The notes under the pieces were generated by a model. That model made no database searches, was not told where the DNA came from, and was given only the letters and a program-made list of their open reading frames with translations. From Candidatus Omnitrophota bacterium (lineage in GTDB: Bacteria; Omnitrophota; Gorgyraeia; Gygaellales; Profunditerraquicolaceae), in NCBI GenBank assembly GCA_011620275.1, contig WOZK01000007.1:1-62509 (forward strand): 62,509 nt of DNA, in the 5' to 3' direction. Below, piece by piece: positions 20,183-29,183 of the stretch; the stretch's first letter is position 1, and the number at the start of each line of letters is the position of its first letter. The position numbers and the translations under genes are program-made.

Positions 20183-20632
20183 ATGGGAAGAACGGTAATA
20201 AGCAGAAGGGATGTGCAGAAAAGAAGCAGTTGTCAGGTTCTCGGAGCAGGAGGAAAAACGGAGATGTTAGCCGCCGGTATAGAGGCGGATGCCGCGAAGG
20301 AACCGGACAAATATATGTCCCGTCTCATCAAATACATCCCCGGCGAGATAATAGCCCTTTACATCTATCTGGAAACGGTCGTCCGTTCCCTGCCCCAGAA
20401 CGAGACGCTGTATTGGTCTGCTTTTACTTTTTGTTTTCTGGCTACACCGCTGTATTTGTGGCGCAAGGAGAAGGTGAGTAAGAAATTACAGTTGTTGATC
20501 TCGACGGTTTCCTTTTTCGTGTGGGTCTTCGCCGTCGGCGGGCCTTTTGCGTCTTTAACCTGGTATAACGCGGTTTACGGGGTGATAGGGCTGCCGGTTT
20601 ATACTTTCCTGGTCTCCCTGGTGGAAGCTTAA
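20183..20632 (+). CDS. Uncharacterised 4-TM membrane protein
   Basis: RBS GAGGAGG; polar ~40-aa N-tail, then YMSRLIKYIPGEIIALY and four hydrophobic segments. Confidence 0.85.
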   Translation: MGRTVISRRDVQKRSSCQVLGAGGKTEMLAAGIEADAAKEPDKYMSRLIKYIPGEIIALYIYLETVVRSLPQNETLYWSAFTFCFLATPLYLWRKEKVSKKLQLLISTVSFFVWVFAVGGPFASLTWYNAVYGVIGLPVYTFLVSLVEA

Positions 20633-20653
20633 CAAATTATTCAAGGGGACGGC

Positions 20654-21439
20654 ATGAAGACAATCAAATGCATTTTTATTTTGGGATTAGTTTTCCTTGC
20701 CGGGTGCGCGACCGATCCGCTTACGAGGGCATTAAAAACAAACGGCTTTTGCCCTATTCTTCCGATCCCCGAGAAACAGGGGCTGGGGAATGTTTACCTC
20801 ACCTATTCTTTGAATTCTCTCCCGGTGGTTTTTATAGACGATATTTTCACCAAGGAAGAGAACGAAAAAACGATGGCCGATTTGAAACAGAAGATTTACC
20901 TGCCCGCGTCCTCGGGCGAGAAGACATTTTCACTGGCGGCGAAAGCGGATGTTATAGGCAAAGTCGAGGGGGCGCTTAAAGTTTTACGCGTGAAGAAGTT
21001 CAAACTTAGATTGGGCGATGTTTATCAATATAATCTTACCGAGGACCGGCTTGAAAATGTGATATTACCGGCAATAAGAAGCCGGAAACCCCGTTTGAAC
21101 CTCAAAGACAGATATATCGTATTGGCTTTGCTTCAAGCCTCGAGCTTGGAATATGAGCTTATTGATGAGAACGATAACAAAATTGAGATCGCTCCGGGGA
21201 GTGAGATAGAAAAGATCGTAAAGAACAGCTTAAGCATTGAATGGAAGGCCAACGAGCAAAGCAATCTTGTTATCGACCGTCCTTGTTTCCTGGGTTACAA
21301 GGTCGGCAGGATCATCGAAAAAGGCGGTTTTTATACCGTCAAAAACATAGGTTTTCCGCTTCAGGGAAGCAACGGAAAGCTGAAAGTCCGGGCAATACCG
21401 GCCGAGGAACTGCGCAGGCTTCTGCGCTCCAACAATTAG
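20654..21439 (+). CDS. Gasdermin-like lipoprotein (bacterial gasdermin fold with lipoprotein signal peptide)
   Basis: MKTIK + hydrophobic core + LAG|C18; mature CATDPLTRALKTNGF resembles bacterial gasdermin N-termini; further colinear blocks RYIVLALLQASSL, EIEKIVKNSLSIE and FLGYKVGRI; similar length; manual comparison only. Confidence 0.72.
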   Translation: MKTIKCIFILGLVFLAGCATDPLTRALKTNGFCPILPIPEKQGLGNVYLTYSLNSLPVVFIDDIFTKEENEKTMADLKQKIYLPASSGEKTFSLAAKADVIGKVEGALKVLRVKKFKLRLGDVYQYNLTEDRLENVILPAIRSRKPRLNLKDRYIVLALLQASSLEYELIDENDNKIEIAPGSEIEKIVKNSLSIEWKANEQSNLVIDRPCFLGYKVGRIIEKGGFYTVKNIGFPLQGSNGKLKVRAIPAEELRRLLRSNN

Positions 21440-21495
21440 TTTCCGGGAAGCTTTATTTCTTTGCAGCATATCTTTATTAAGGAGAGAAGACAACT

Positions 21496-21759
21496 ATGTT
21501 TTGGAATATTATAGGATTATCGGCAGCCTTCCTGACTATGTTCGGTTTCTTGCCGCAGGTAATCAAGATATACCGCACTAAGTCGGTGAACGATATAAGT
21601 ATTGTGACCATCGTGCAGTTCATGGCCGGGATATTTCTCTGGCTGGTGTATGGGATACATTTAAAAAACTTCGCCATTATTCTTGCCAATAGCGTTACGC
21701 TACTGATCCTCGTAGCCGGTTTAGTTTTGTTCATTAAATATAAATTTCAGAAAATTTAA
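21496..21759 (+). CDS. SemiSWEET / PQ-loop sugar transporter
   Basis: FLPQVIKIYRTKSVNDIS, LWLVYG, ILAN; 3 TM. Confidence 0.92.
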   Translation: MFWNIIGLSAAFLTMFGFLPQVIKIYRTKSVNDISIVTIVQFMAGIFLWLVYGIHLKNFAIILANSVTLLILVAGLVLFIKYKFQKI

Positions 21760-21926
21760 CCCGCAGGAAACGGTTTCAAGCAGAGCCCTGCACAAAAATC
21801 ATAGTTTACGGGAATTATTCGCGCGTGAAAAATATTTTCATCGCGGCGCATCAATGAAACGATCGATCCCGCGCGAACAATCCCGGAAACGGACAAAGAT
21901 ACAGAAGGCCGCCCCGGAGGTCTGAC

Positions 21927-22424
21927 ATGCCGATTTACGTTAAATATAGAAATCGCGCGAAGGAGATGGGGGCGAGAGATGCAAAGATAATCTCCGCAGC
22001 GAGCATCGTGGTGGCCGATTGGGTGAGGCTTAAGTGCCAGTTCGGCTGCGACGGTTACGGCCAAAACCTGACCTGTCCTCCTTATTCACCGGCGCCGGAG
22101 GTAACACGGCGGGTTATAAATTTCTACAAGAAAGCCCTGCTGGTGCACGGCGACGAATATACGGATATCCACGCCATGATCCCGGCGTTGGAACGGGAGA
22201 TATTCCTGAACGGTTATTATAAGGCGTTTGGAATGGGGGCAGGGCCGTGCCGGCTTTGCGCCAGGTGCGCGAAGTTCTGCCGTAATCCGGCCAAGACCCG
22301 TCCTTCAATGGAAGCCTGCGGCATAGACGTTTATTCCACGGTACGCGCCAACGGTTATCCGATAAAGGTGATTTCTTCTGCCGGGTACAAGGGGAATTAT
22401 TACGGGATAGTTTTGATTGAATAA
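21927..22424 (+). CDS. DUF2284 predicted metal-binding protein
   Basis: KCQFGCDGYG..TCPP, GPCRLCARC, RPSMEACGIDV. Confidence 0.9.
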   Translation: MPIYVKYRNRAKEMGARDAKIISAASIVVADWVRLKCQFGCDGYGQNLTCPPYSPAPEVTRRVINFYKKALLVHGDEYTDIHAMIPALEREIFLNGYYKAFGMGAGPCRLCARCAKFCRNPAKTRPSMEACGIDVYSTVRANGYPIKVISSAGYKGNYYGIVLIE

Positions 22425-22523
22425 GAATAGGCCATAGGCTCTGGGTAAAGAGAAGAATTGTGTAAAACAAAAAAAATAAACACGTGGCTTAAAGAACATA
22501 TTACACGGAACCCATTTTAAAAT

Positions 22524-22991
22524 ATGAATACAAAATATATGAAACTTGCGGTGGCGAAAGCGAGGAAGAACATTCGGTCAATGACCGGCGGTCCGTTCGG
22601 CGCCTGTATCGTTAGGAACGGCAGGGTGATCGCGGTTGCCAGGAATACCGTGTTGAAGAACGACGCTACCTGCCACGCCGAGGTGAACGCCATAAGGGCG
22701 GCCTCCAGGGAACTGGGGAAATATGATCTCTCCGGCTGCGCGATCTATTCCACCACCGAGCCGTGCCCGATGTGTTTCTCGGCGATACACTGGGCGAGGA
22801 TAAAAACGATCATTTTCGGGACCAGAACCAGCGACGCCAGGAAGGTCGGTTTTAATGAATTGAATATTCCTGTCGCGAAACTCGCGTCTATAGGAAAATT
22901 GAAGATCAAGATCACCGGCGGCGTGTTGCTGGGTGAGTGCCGGGAACTTTTTTACGACTGGTCGGCAAGGAAGAACAAGAAGTTGTATTAA
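22524..22991 (+). CDS. Nucleoside/guanine deaminase (CDA family)
   Basis: GGPFGA, HAEVNAIR, EPCPMC. Confidence 0.92.
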   Translation: MNTKYMKLAVAKARKNIRSMTGGPFGACIVRNGRVIAVARNTVLKNDATCHAEVNAIRAASRELGKYDLSGCAIYSTTEPCPMCFSAIHWARIKTIIFGTRTSDARKVGFNELNIPVAKLASIGKLKIKITGGVLLGECRELFYDWSARKNKKLY

Positions 22992-23057
22992 ATAACAGGC
23001 CATAGGCTTTAGGCTCCTGGATTCAGTGAAAACCCGGGGCGGGGAGAGAGGACGGGA

Positions 23058-23882
23058 ATGGGTATTTTTGAGGTTGATAGAAAGATCTGCAGGAGAGATG
23101 GGAAGTGCGTGGAGATCTGCCCGGTGGGGATATTGAGAATGAATGAGAAGGAACGCGTGCCGGAGTTCATTCCCGGGGGAGAAAAGCTGTGCATAAATTG
23201 CGGGCATTGTTTCGCTTTCTGCCCGTCGGGTTCGATCAGGCTTGCCGGAATGGGCGCCGCGGACGCCTTGCGGTTTAATCATTCTCAGCTGCCCGGGGAC
23301 GGTCAGCTGGAGATGCTTTTAAAAGGCAGGCGTTCCATCCGGACATATAAAGACGATCCTGTTTCCCGGGAGATGATAGAGAAGCTTCTGGATATGGCCC
23401 GCTACGCTCCGTCCGGGACCAACCGCCAGCCGGTGAACTGGGCGGTGCTTTCTGGTAAAGAGAGGGTGCGGGAGATAGGCGGTCTGGTCGTGGCTTGGAT
23501 GGAAGGTTTGTTGAATTCAGAGTCTCCGATGGCCGTGTCGCTGCGTTTTGACCGTCTGGTGGAGGCGTGGAAGAATAATGAGGATCGCATCTGCCGCGGC
23601 GCGCCCTGTCTGGTCATAGCTTACGGCTTGAAAGACGACTTCCTGACCGCTCAATCGTGCCTGATTGCTGGAACTTATCTTGAACTCGCCGCTTTCGGGA
23701 TGGGGCTCGGCGCCTGCTGGGCGGGATACGTGAATATGGCGATCAACGAGTCCCCTGAGGTAAAAAAAATCGCCGGATTGTCTCCCCGCGCCGCAGCCGG
23801 AGCAGTTATGATGCTCGGCTGCCCCAAATACCGCTACAGCCGCATCCCTTCCAGAAAACCGGCCAAGGTGCTCTGGAAATAA
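23058..23882 (+). CDS. Nitroreductase with N-terminal 4Fe-4S ferredoxin domain
   Basis: CRRDGKCVEICP, CINCGHCFAFCP, RRSIRTY, APSGTNRQP. Confidence 0.93.
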   Translation: MGIFEVDRKICRRDGKCVEICPVGILRMNEKERVPEFIPGGEKLCINCGHCFAFCPSGSIRLAGMGAADALRFNHSQLPGDGQLEMLLKGRRSIRTYKDDPVSREMIEKLLDMARYAPSGTNRQPVNWAVLSGKERVREIGGLVVAWMEGLLNSESPMAVSLRFDRLVEAWKNNEDRICRGAPCLVIAYGLKDDFLTAQSCLIAGTYLELAAFGMGLGACWAGYVNMAINESPEVKKIAGLSPRAAAGAVMMLGCPKYRYSRIPSRKPAKVLWK

Positions 23883-24029
23883 AAACCGGTTTTTGCGGAG
23901 CTATGTTATACTTCTATCAGCGCATTCATATATTGTTCTCGGAATCGCTCAAAGTATCGTATAATCCAAGATGAACGGCGGAATTCATGTCTGGTGGTAT
24001 CGTCTGATTTTCCGGAAGAGGAGAGAAAG

Positions 24030-24698
24030 TTGCGGGTACTATTGGTAGAAGACGAAATAAAAGTAGCCGGCTTTATCGCACGAGGGCTGAAGGAGGAGAA
24101 TTACGTGGTCGATGTCGCCGATGACGGAGAAAAAGCGCTGTTTCTGGCCGAAGTCAACCCGTACGACCTCATAATTCTCGATATTATACTGCCGCGTAAA
24201 GACGGTATCAGTGTTTGCAAAGAGCTTAGGCGAAAAAAAATCAACGTGCCGATCCTGATGCTGACTTCCAAAGACCTGGTAAGCGACAAGGTGATGGGGT
24301 TGAACGCCGGAGCCGACGATTACTTGACCAAGCCGTTCGCTTTCGAGGAATTATTGGCCAGAGTCGGCGCCTTATTAAGGAGGGGCAGGGCCGATAAAAC
24401 CGGCATTCTCAAGGTCGCGGACCTGGAGGTGGATCCGTCGCGGCATAAAGTTACGCGGGCCGGCAAAGAGATTATGTTAACGGCCAAAGAGTTCGCGCTG
24501 CTCGAATACTTGATGCTGAACGCCGATTGCGTGGTCAGCAGGACGATGATCTCGGAACACGTTTGGCATGAGAACTACGACAGTTTCACCAATGTTATCG
24601 ATGTTTACGTGAGTTTCTTGCGCAATAAGATAGATAAAGGGCAGGCTAAACAGCTTATCCATACCGTTCAAGGTAAAGGATATGTTTTACGGGGTTAA
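24030..24698 (+). CDS. OmpR-family response regulator (CusR-like)
   Basis: LLVEDE, LDIILP, GADDYLTKPF, winged-helix C-terminus; TTG start after GAGGAG. Confidence 0.93.
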   Translation: MRVLLVEDEIKVAGFIARGLKEENYVVDVADDGEKALFLAEVNPYDLIILDIILPRKDGISVCKELRRKKINVPILMLTSKDLVSDKVMGLNAGADDYLTKPFAFEELLARVGALLRRGRADKTGILKVADLEVDPSRHKVTRAGKEIMLTAKEFALLEYLMLNADCVVSRTMISEHVWHENYDSFTNVIDVYVSFLRNKIDKGQAKQLIHTVQGKGYVLRG

Positions 24699-24699
24699 G

Positions 24700-25734
24700 A
24701 TGCGTCTCGGGACCGGCAGTATGAAGATAACCTTGTTATCCGTTGTTCTGTTGGGGATATCATTATCTTTATATGTATTCCTCCTGCTGTGCCTGCCCCC
24801 CGGGATTTTGCATAATTACAGGCTGTTGTTTATACTGGCGCCGCTCCTGCCGGTTTCTTTGGCGGGGTATTGCGCGGGGCGCATGATCGAAAAGAGGATA
24901 TTGATCCCGATAAAAGAGATCACGGACACGGTCAATCATATTACGCACGAAGATCTGAACTTTAGGGTAAAAATGAAGAATGCCGATGAAGAACTGCGGA
25001 GTTTGATAGAGGCTTTTAACGGCATGATTGCGAGACTGGGGGAATCGTTCGAATATATAACCGACTCCAGCTCTTATATAGCCCATGAATTGAAGACCCC
25101 CATCGCCATTATCAGAGGGGAGTCCGAGTTCGCCTTGAAGAAAGACCGGGAAAAGGAAGAATACAAAAGGGTCATCAGCGTCAGCCTGGAAGAAACGAAA
25201 AGAATGCTTAAGATCATAGAAGATCTGCTTTTGTTGACCAGGATGAATTACCAGCCGGAAGTCCTCAGATTTGAACGGACCGATCTGACGCAGTTCATAG
25301 GTATAATCTATGAACAGGCGAAGGTGTTAGCCTCCAAGAAGAATTTAAGAGTTGATACGGAAATACCGGAAGAGACCGGGTACGCCGAGGTTGACGAGCT
25401 GCATCTGCGGAGATTGTTTTTCAATTTGATAGACAACGCGATAAAATACACTCCTGCCGGAGGTACGATAAAGATATGCCTGAAATACGGGGAACGGAAA
25501 GCGGAGGTTTCCATTATGGATAGCGGGATAGGTATAGATGAAGCGGATGTCCCGAAACTTTTCGACAAGTTTTTTCGCATTGAAGGAAAGATTAAAGATA
25601 GTTCTCCCAGCAGCGGCCTAGGGTTGAGCATCGCCCAGTCGATAGCCCAACTACACCGGGGAGATATTTCCGTGGTCAGCCGCGCCGGACAAGGTTCCGT
25701 GTTTACCGTTGCCCTCCCCCTCGCCGCGGATTGA
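24700..25734 (+). CDS. HAMP sensor histidine kinase
   Basis: Two TMs, HAMP, AHELKTP H-box, NLIDNAIKY, DSGIGI, GLGLSI. Confidence 0.93.
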   Translation: MRLGTGSMKITLLSVVLLGISLSLYVFLLLCLPPGILHNYRLLFILAPLLPVSLAGYCAGRMIEKRILIPIKEITDTVNHITHEDLNFRVKMKNADEELRSLIEAFNGMIARLGESFEYITDSSSYIAHELKTPIAIIRGESEFALKKDREKEEYKRVISVSLEETKRMLKIIEDLLLLTRMNYQPEVLRFERTDLTQFIGIIYEQAKVLASKKNLRVDTEIPEETGYAEVDELHLRRLFFNLIDNAIKYTPAGGTIKICLKYGERKAEVSIMDSGIGIDEADVPKLFDKFFRIEGKIKDSSPSSGLGLSIAQSIAQLHRGDISVVSRAGQGSVFTVALPLAAD

Positions 25735-25949
25735 CCGAGGACATCCGCGGTTGCTTGCTTCCGGCAGCTCCGGGCATAACAGCCCTTCGAAGAATCCTTC
25801 GGATCCCTCTCCTTTTACCGTCTCCCGTTCGCCCGATCCCGTGAAGGCGAGGGGATGTTAAAAAATTTAACATTTTTTTAATCCTCGTTTAATCCGGTCC
25901 GGGTTATACTTTTAATAGAATTCCAGGCCGGTTAATTGGAGGAGAAGAA

Positions 25950-26678
25950 ATGACCAGGATATTGATCGTGGACGATGAGGAAAAAGTCAGAAATATGTAT
26001 AACGCCATGCTTGTAAACGAAGGTTTTGAAGTGCTCAATGCTTCCGATGCCATGCAGGCTTCGTGTATTTTGAATGAAGAGACGATTGATATAATGCTTC
26101 TTGATATAAAAATGCCGCGGGTCTACGGCAGTGTCTTTTACGACATTATGAAGGTGTTTCGTAAGGAAGTGAGAGTGGTAGTAGCAAGCGTTTATCCGGT
26201 AGAAGAACAAAAAGAGATGGTGAAAGGCGCCGCCGATTATTATGACAAATCTCAAGGGCTGGATTTGCTGCTGGAAAAGATAAAAGTGCTCGAACGGAGC
26301 ATCGCCCTGCATAAGAGTATACTGGTTATTGACGATGAACCGCGTATCAGGAAGATATACCGGCACTATTTACAGGAGCACGGGTACCGTATTATAGAGG
26401 CTCACAACGGTTATGCCGGTATGGAAGTATTGAGTAAAAACAAGGATATCGGCCTGGTTATTCTCGATATCGCCATGCCCAATCAGAGCGGTTTCTATAT
26501 CCATAAGAAAATAAAAAAAGAATTTCCTTCGGTAAAAGTGCTGGTCGCCAGCGTGTTCAACCAGTCTTATCAGAAGCTCATACTGCCGGATGCCGATGAA
26601 TATTACGACAAAGCGGAAGACGCCGGGGATCTGATAAAAAAGATAGAGAAGTTGTTGTATGCCGAGAGCAGAGTGTAG
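25950..26678 (+). CDS. Tandem double receiver-domain protein
   Basis: Two similar REC domains (ILIVDDE..LDIKMP..YYDK and ILVIDDE..LDIAMP..YYDK), no output domain. Confidence 0.9.
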   Translation: MTRILIVDDEEKVRNMYNAMLVNEGFEVLNASDAMQASCILNEETIDIMLLDIKMPRVYGSVFYDIMKVFRKEVRVVVASVYPVEEQKEMVKGAADYYDKSQGLDLLLEKIKVLERSIALHKSILVIDDEPRIRKIYRHYLQEHGYRIIEAHNGYAGMEVLSKNKDIGLVILDIAMPNQSGFYIHKKIKKEFPSVKVLVASVFNQSYQKLILPDADEYYDKAEDAGDLIKKIEKLLYAESRV

Positions 26679-26812
26679 GATAAAGGCGGCCGGTGTCCCT
26701 TTTTCCGCTTTCAACCTGCGGGAAGCCGGCCGCCTTCTTCTACCGAAGAGCGGTTTACTTCGGAGTATGATATAAAGAATGGCCGGTGCAATAACCGGGA
26801 AAAGGGGGTATA

Positions 26813-27331
26813 ATGAAAAACAAGAAGATATATATCACGCAATCCGATCTTTATCGTCTCAGGGAAATGATAAAGAAGATGATATTCGGCAAGGAGACCG
26901 ATAGATTGGCTTTGGACGAGATGACCCGTTTATCGGACTCGGCCACCGTATCGTCATGGCTGCGGGATGCGAGGCGGCGGAACGATCCCGGGAATGAAGC
27001 AGAGTGGACGAGGATAGAAGAACTTGAAGTCGAGTTGAACAGGGCCGTTATCGTAGCCCCGGATCAAGTAGCGGCGGATATAATCACTATGAATTCGAAA
27101 GTCTGCCTTAAAGACGTCGATACCAACAAAGAAGAGATTTATGAATTAGTGTATCCTGAAGACGCTGACATCGAGCAGAATAAAATATCGGTTCTCGCTC
27201 CTATCGGCACGGCGATATTGGGATATAAAGTAGGGGATATCATTGAATGGAAGGTCCCGGCCGGACTGAGGAAGTTTAAGATTCAAAGAATATTATATCA
27301 ACCGGAAGCCGCCAAGGAATATTATCTTTAG
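26813..27331 (+). CDS. rnk: Nucleoside diphosphate kinase regulator (GreA/GreB-like C-terminal domain)
   Basis: IYIT..D..RL, ITMNSKV, LVYPEDAD, ISVLAPIGTAILG, YQPEA. Confidence 0.88.
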   Translation: MKNKKIYITQSDLYRLREMIKKMIFGKETDRLALDEMTRLSDSATVSSWLRDARRRNDPGNEAEWTRIEELEVELNRAVIVAPDQVAADIITMNSKVCLKDVDTNKEEIYELVYPEDADIEQNKISVLAPIGTAILGYKVGDIIEWKVPAGLRKFKIQRILYQPEAAKEYYL

Positions 27332-27444
27332 AATTCCGGATGGGGGTACAGTAATATGTTTAAGGATCATCCAGGTTTCTGCCCGGGACATCTTTATCCA
27401 GTGAAATCCCGGTATATAATGAATAACCGACAAGCCTTTGAACC

Positions 27445-28044
27445 ATGGACGATATAGGTCTATACCGGCTGCGCCGTAAACTTGACGATGCCATCACTTA
27501 TTCCGGCGCGGCACCTGCCGGCAGGTTGGTGGAGGAAGGGCTGCGGCTGTCACGCGAAAGAAATATGCCGGCCGAAGAGATGTATTTCAAGGCGCAGCGG
27601 GAGATACTGGAGGGAAATTTCGGCGACGCCATCGTGTATCTGGATTCCGTGATCAAGCTCAATCCCTTGGACGGGGCGGCTTACAATGACCGCGCCTTGT
27701 GTATGGTGGAACTGGGGATAATTGACGCGGCCCTGCCGTATTTCGACAAAGGCATAGAGAGCGAGCCGGATTATGCCACCATTTTCCATAATAAAGGCTG
27801 GTTGTTGAACAAGATGGGCGAGCATCGTAAGGCGGTGGCGCTTTTCGAGAAGGCGCTGGGGATCGAACCCGGCCGGGCCGTGACTTACGAGAATCTGGCG
27901 GACGCTTACCGTAATCTCGGGATGAAGAAAGAGGCGCTTGCGGCGCTGCAGAAGGCGTTGGAATTCCTGCCGTCGTCCTGCCCGGAGATCAGGGAACAGA
28001 TCGAATCCGGGATTAAAGAGCTTTTAGAGCAATGCCCGCCTTAG
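27445..28044 (+). CDS. TPR repeat protein
   Basis: Several TPR units (AYNDRALC, IFHNKGW, TYENLADAY). Confidence 0.88.
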   Translation: MDDIGLYRLRRKLDDAITYSGAAPAGRLVEEGLRLSRERNMPAEEMYFKAQREILEGNFGDAIVYLDSVIKLNPLDGAAYNDRALCMVELGIIDAALPYFDKGIESEPDYATIFHNKGWLLNKMGEHRKAVALFEKALGIEPGRAVTYENLADAYRNLGMKKEALAALQKALEFLPSSCPEIREQIESGIKELLEQCPP

Positions 28045-28180
28045 AATCGGGCATAAGGCCGTCCTTTTAAGCCGTGCAGGTGCCGTCGGGGTGTTTCGCC
28101 AACGGACGCAGCCCTTGCGGGGCGGAAAAGATCCGGATTTGCAAGTGCGGTATACATTGCCGGGGCGCGGCCGGCCGGTT

Positions 28181-28573
28181 TCAGAGAGCTTCGCACTGCC
28201 GCCCCAAGACCTCTTCGATATTTTTCAGCAGTTCGTCCATCTGGAAAGGCTTGGTCATATAGTGGTTGGCGCCGATGACTTTGCCGATGATAGCGTCCAC
28301 GGTGGAAGCCTTGGCGGTGACCATGATGATGGGGATATTCTCCGTTGTTTCCTCTCCGCGGATCTTCTTGCAGACTTCTTCTCCGGTGATCTTGGGCAGT
28401 ATCAAGTCGAGGATGATTAAGTGAGGAGGTTCCTTCAGGGCTTTTTGCAGCCCTTCTTCTCCATCGTTGGCTACGCAAACCTCGTATTTGCCGGTTTGCT
28501 CCAGGTTGAGTTTGACCAGCGCGGCGAGATGGTTTTCGTTATCAATTATAAGTATTTTTCTTTTTTGCCGCAT
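28181..28573 (-). CDS. Single-domain response regulator (REC)
   Basis: ILIIDNE, LIILDLILP, IIMVTA, GANHYMTKPF. Confidence 0.9.
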   Translation of the reverse strand: MRQKRKILIIDNENHLAALVKLNLEQTGKYEVCVANDGEEGLQKALKEPPHLIILDLILPKITGEEVCKKIRGEETTENIPIIMVTAKASTVDAIIGKVIGANHYMTKPFQMDELLKNIEEVLGRQCEAL

Positions 28574-28780
28574 TCGCGTTCCAGGTTTGCGAGTTTGAAT
28601 TCCCCCCTCCATATTTATAGTTTACCACCTGTTTTAGATTCTCTCAAGAGCCAGGGCTATTTTTAACCGCGGGCGAGCTAATAGTATTAGAGTTTTCAGT
28701 AAAAAATAGTATAATTACTGTTGCGGTGCGGAGATCCCAAAAGAGGAACGCTCCTTAAACAGGACAGACAGAGAGGCGAT

Positions 28781-28999
28781 ATGACCGTTTTCTTATGGAT
28801 CGTAATGATAATTATCGCTTTCTTCATTTTCTCTTCGCTGTTGTATAAAACTAAGAATCAGGAAGCGGAAGAGAAGAATAAAGAGGAAGCCTCGCGCCGC
28901 CGGGTGGAGAAAAATATAATTAACCCGGAGACTAAGCTTCACGAAGAAGAGAAGAAACGCTGGGAAAACGACTACTGGGACCGCAAAGAGAAGAAATAG
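28781..28999 (+). CDS. Small membrane-anchored hypothetical protein
   Basis: RBS GAGG, one N-terminal TM, charged tail. Confidence 0.6.
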   Translation: MTVFLWIVMIIIAFFIFSSLLYKTKNQEAEEKNKEEASRRRVEKNIINPETKLHEEEKKRWENDYWDRKEKK

Positions 29000-29055
29000 C
29001 CCATCCGTTTTAAACGACACCCTCCGTTTTAGCCCGGTTGAGTTTAATTACGCTG

Positions 29056-29106
29056 TTGACAGGAGGTATTATTTTGTGTTATAAATAGAAATCATTTCTA
29101 TTTATA
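29056..29106 (+). promoter_or_regulatory. Promoter with Zur box
   Basis: TTGACA at 29056; perfect 13-1-13 palindrome TATAAATAGAAAT-C-ATTTCTATTTATA 29080-29106, similar to the Firmicutes-type Zur consensus. Confidence 0.85.
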
Positions 29107-29183
29107 TTGATGTGGAAGGATTTCGTTTCTAACGATAATTATCGCCGCCCGGAGTTTTTGCGGAGGTGCGAAAGTAAAGCATA

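Noticed and set aside
19387-23882. Integron cassette array (run of small co-oriented unrelated genes)
   Set aside because: No convincing attC sites (paired RYYYAAC..GTTRRRY) and no integrase
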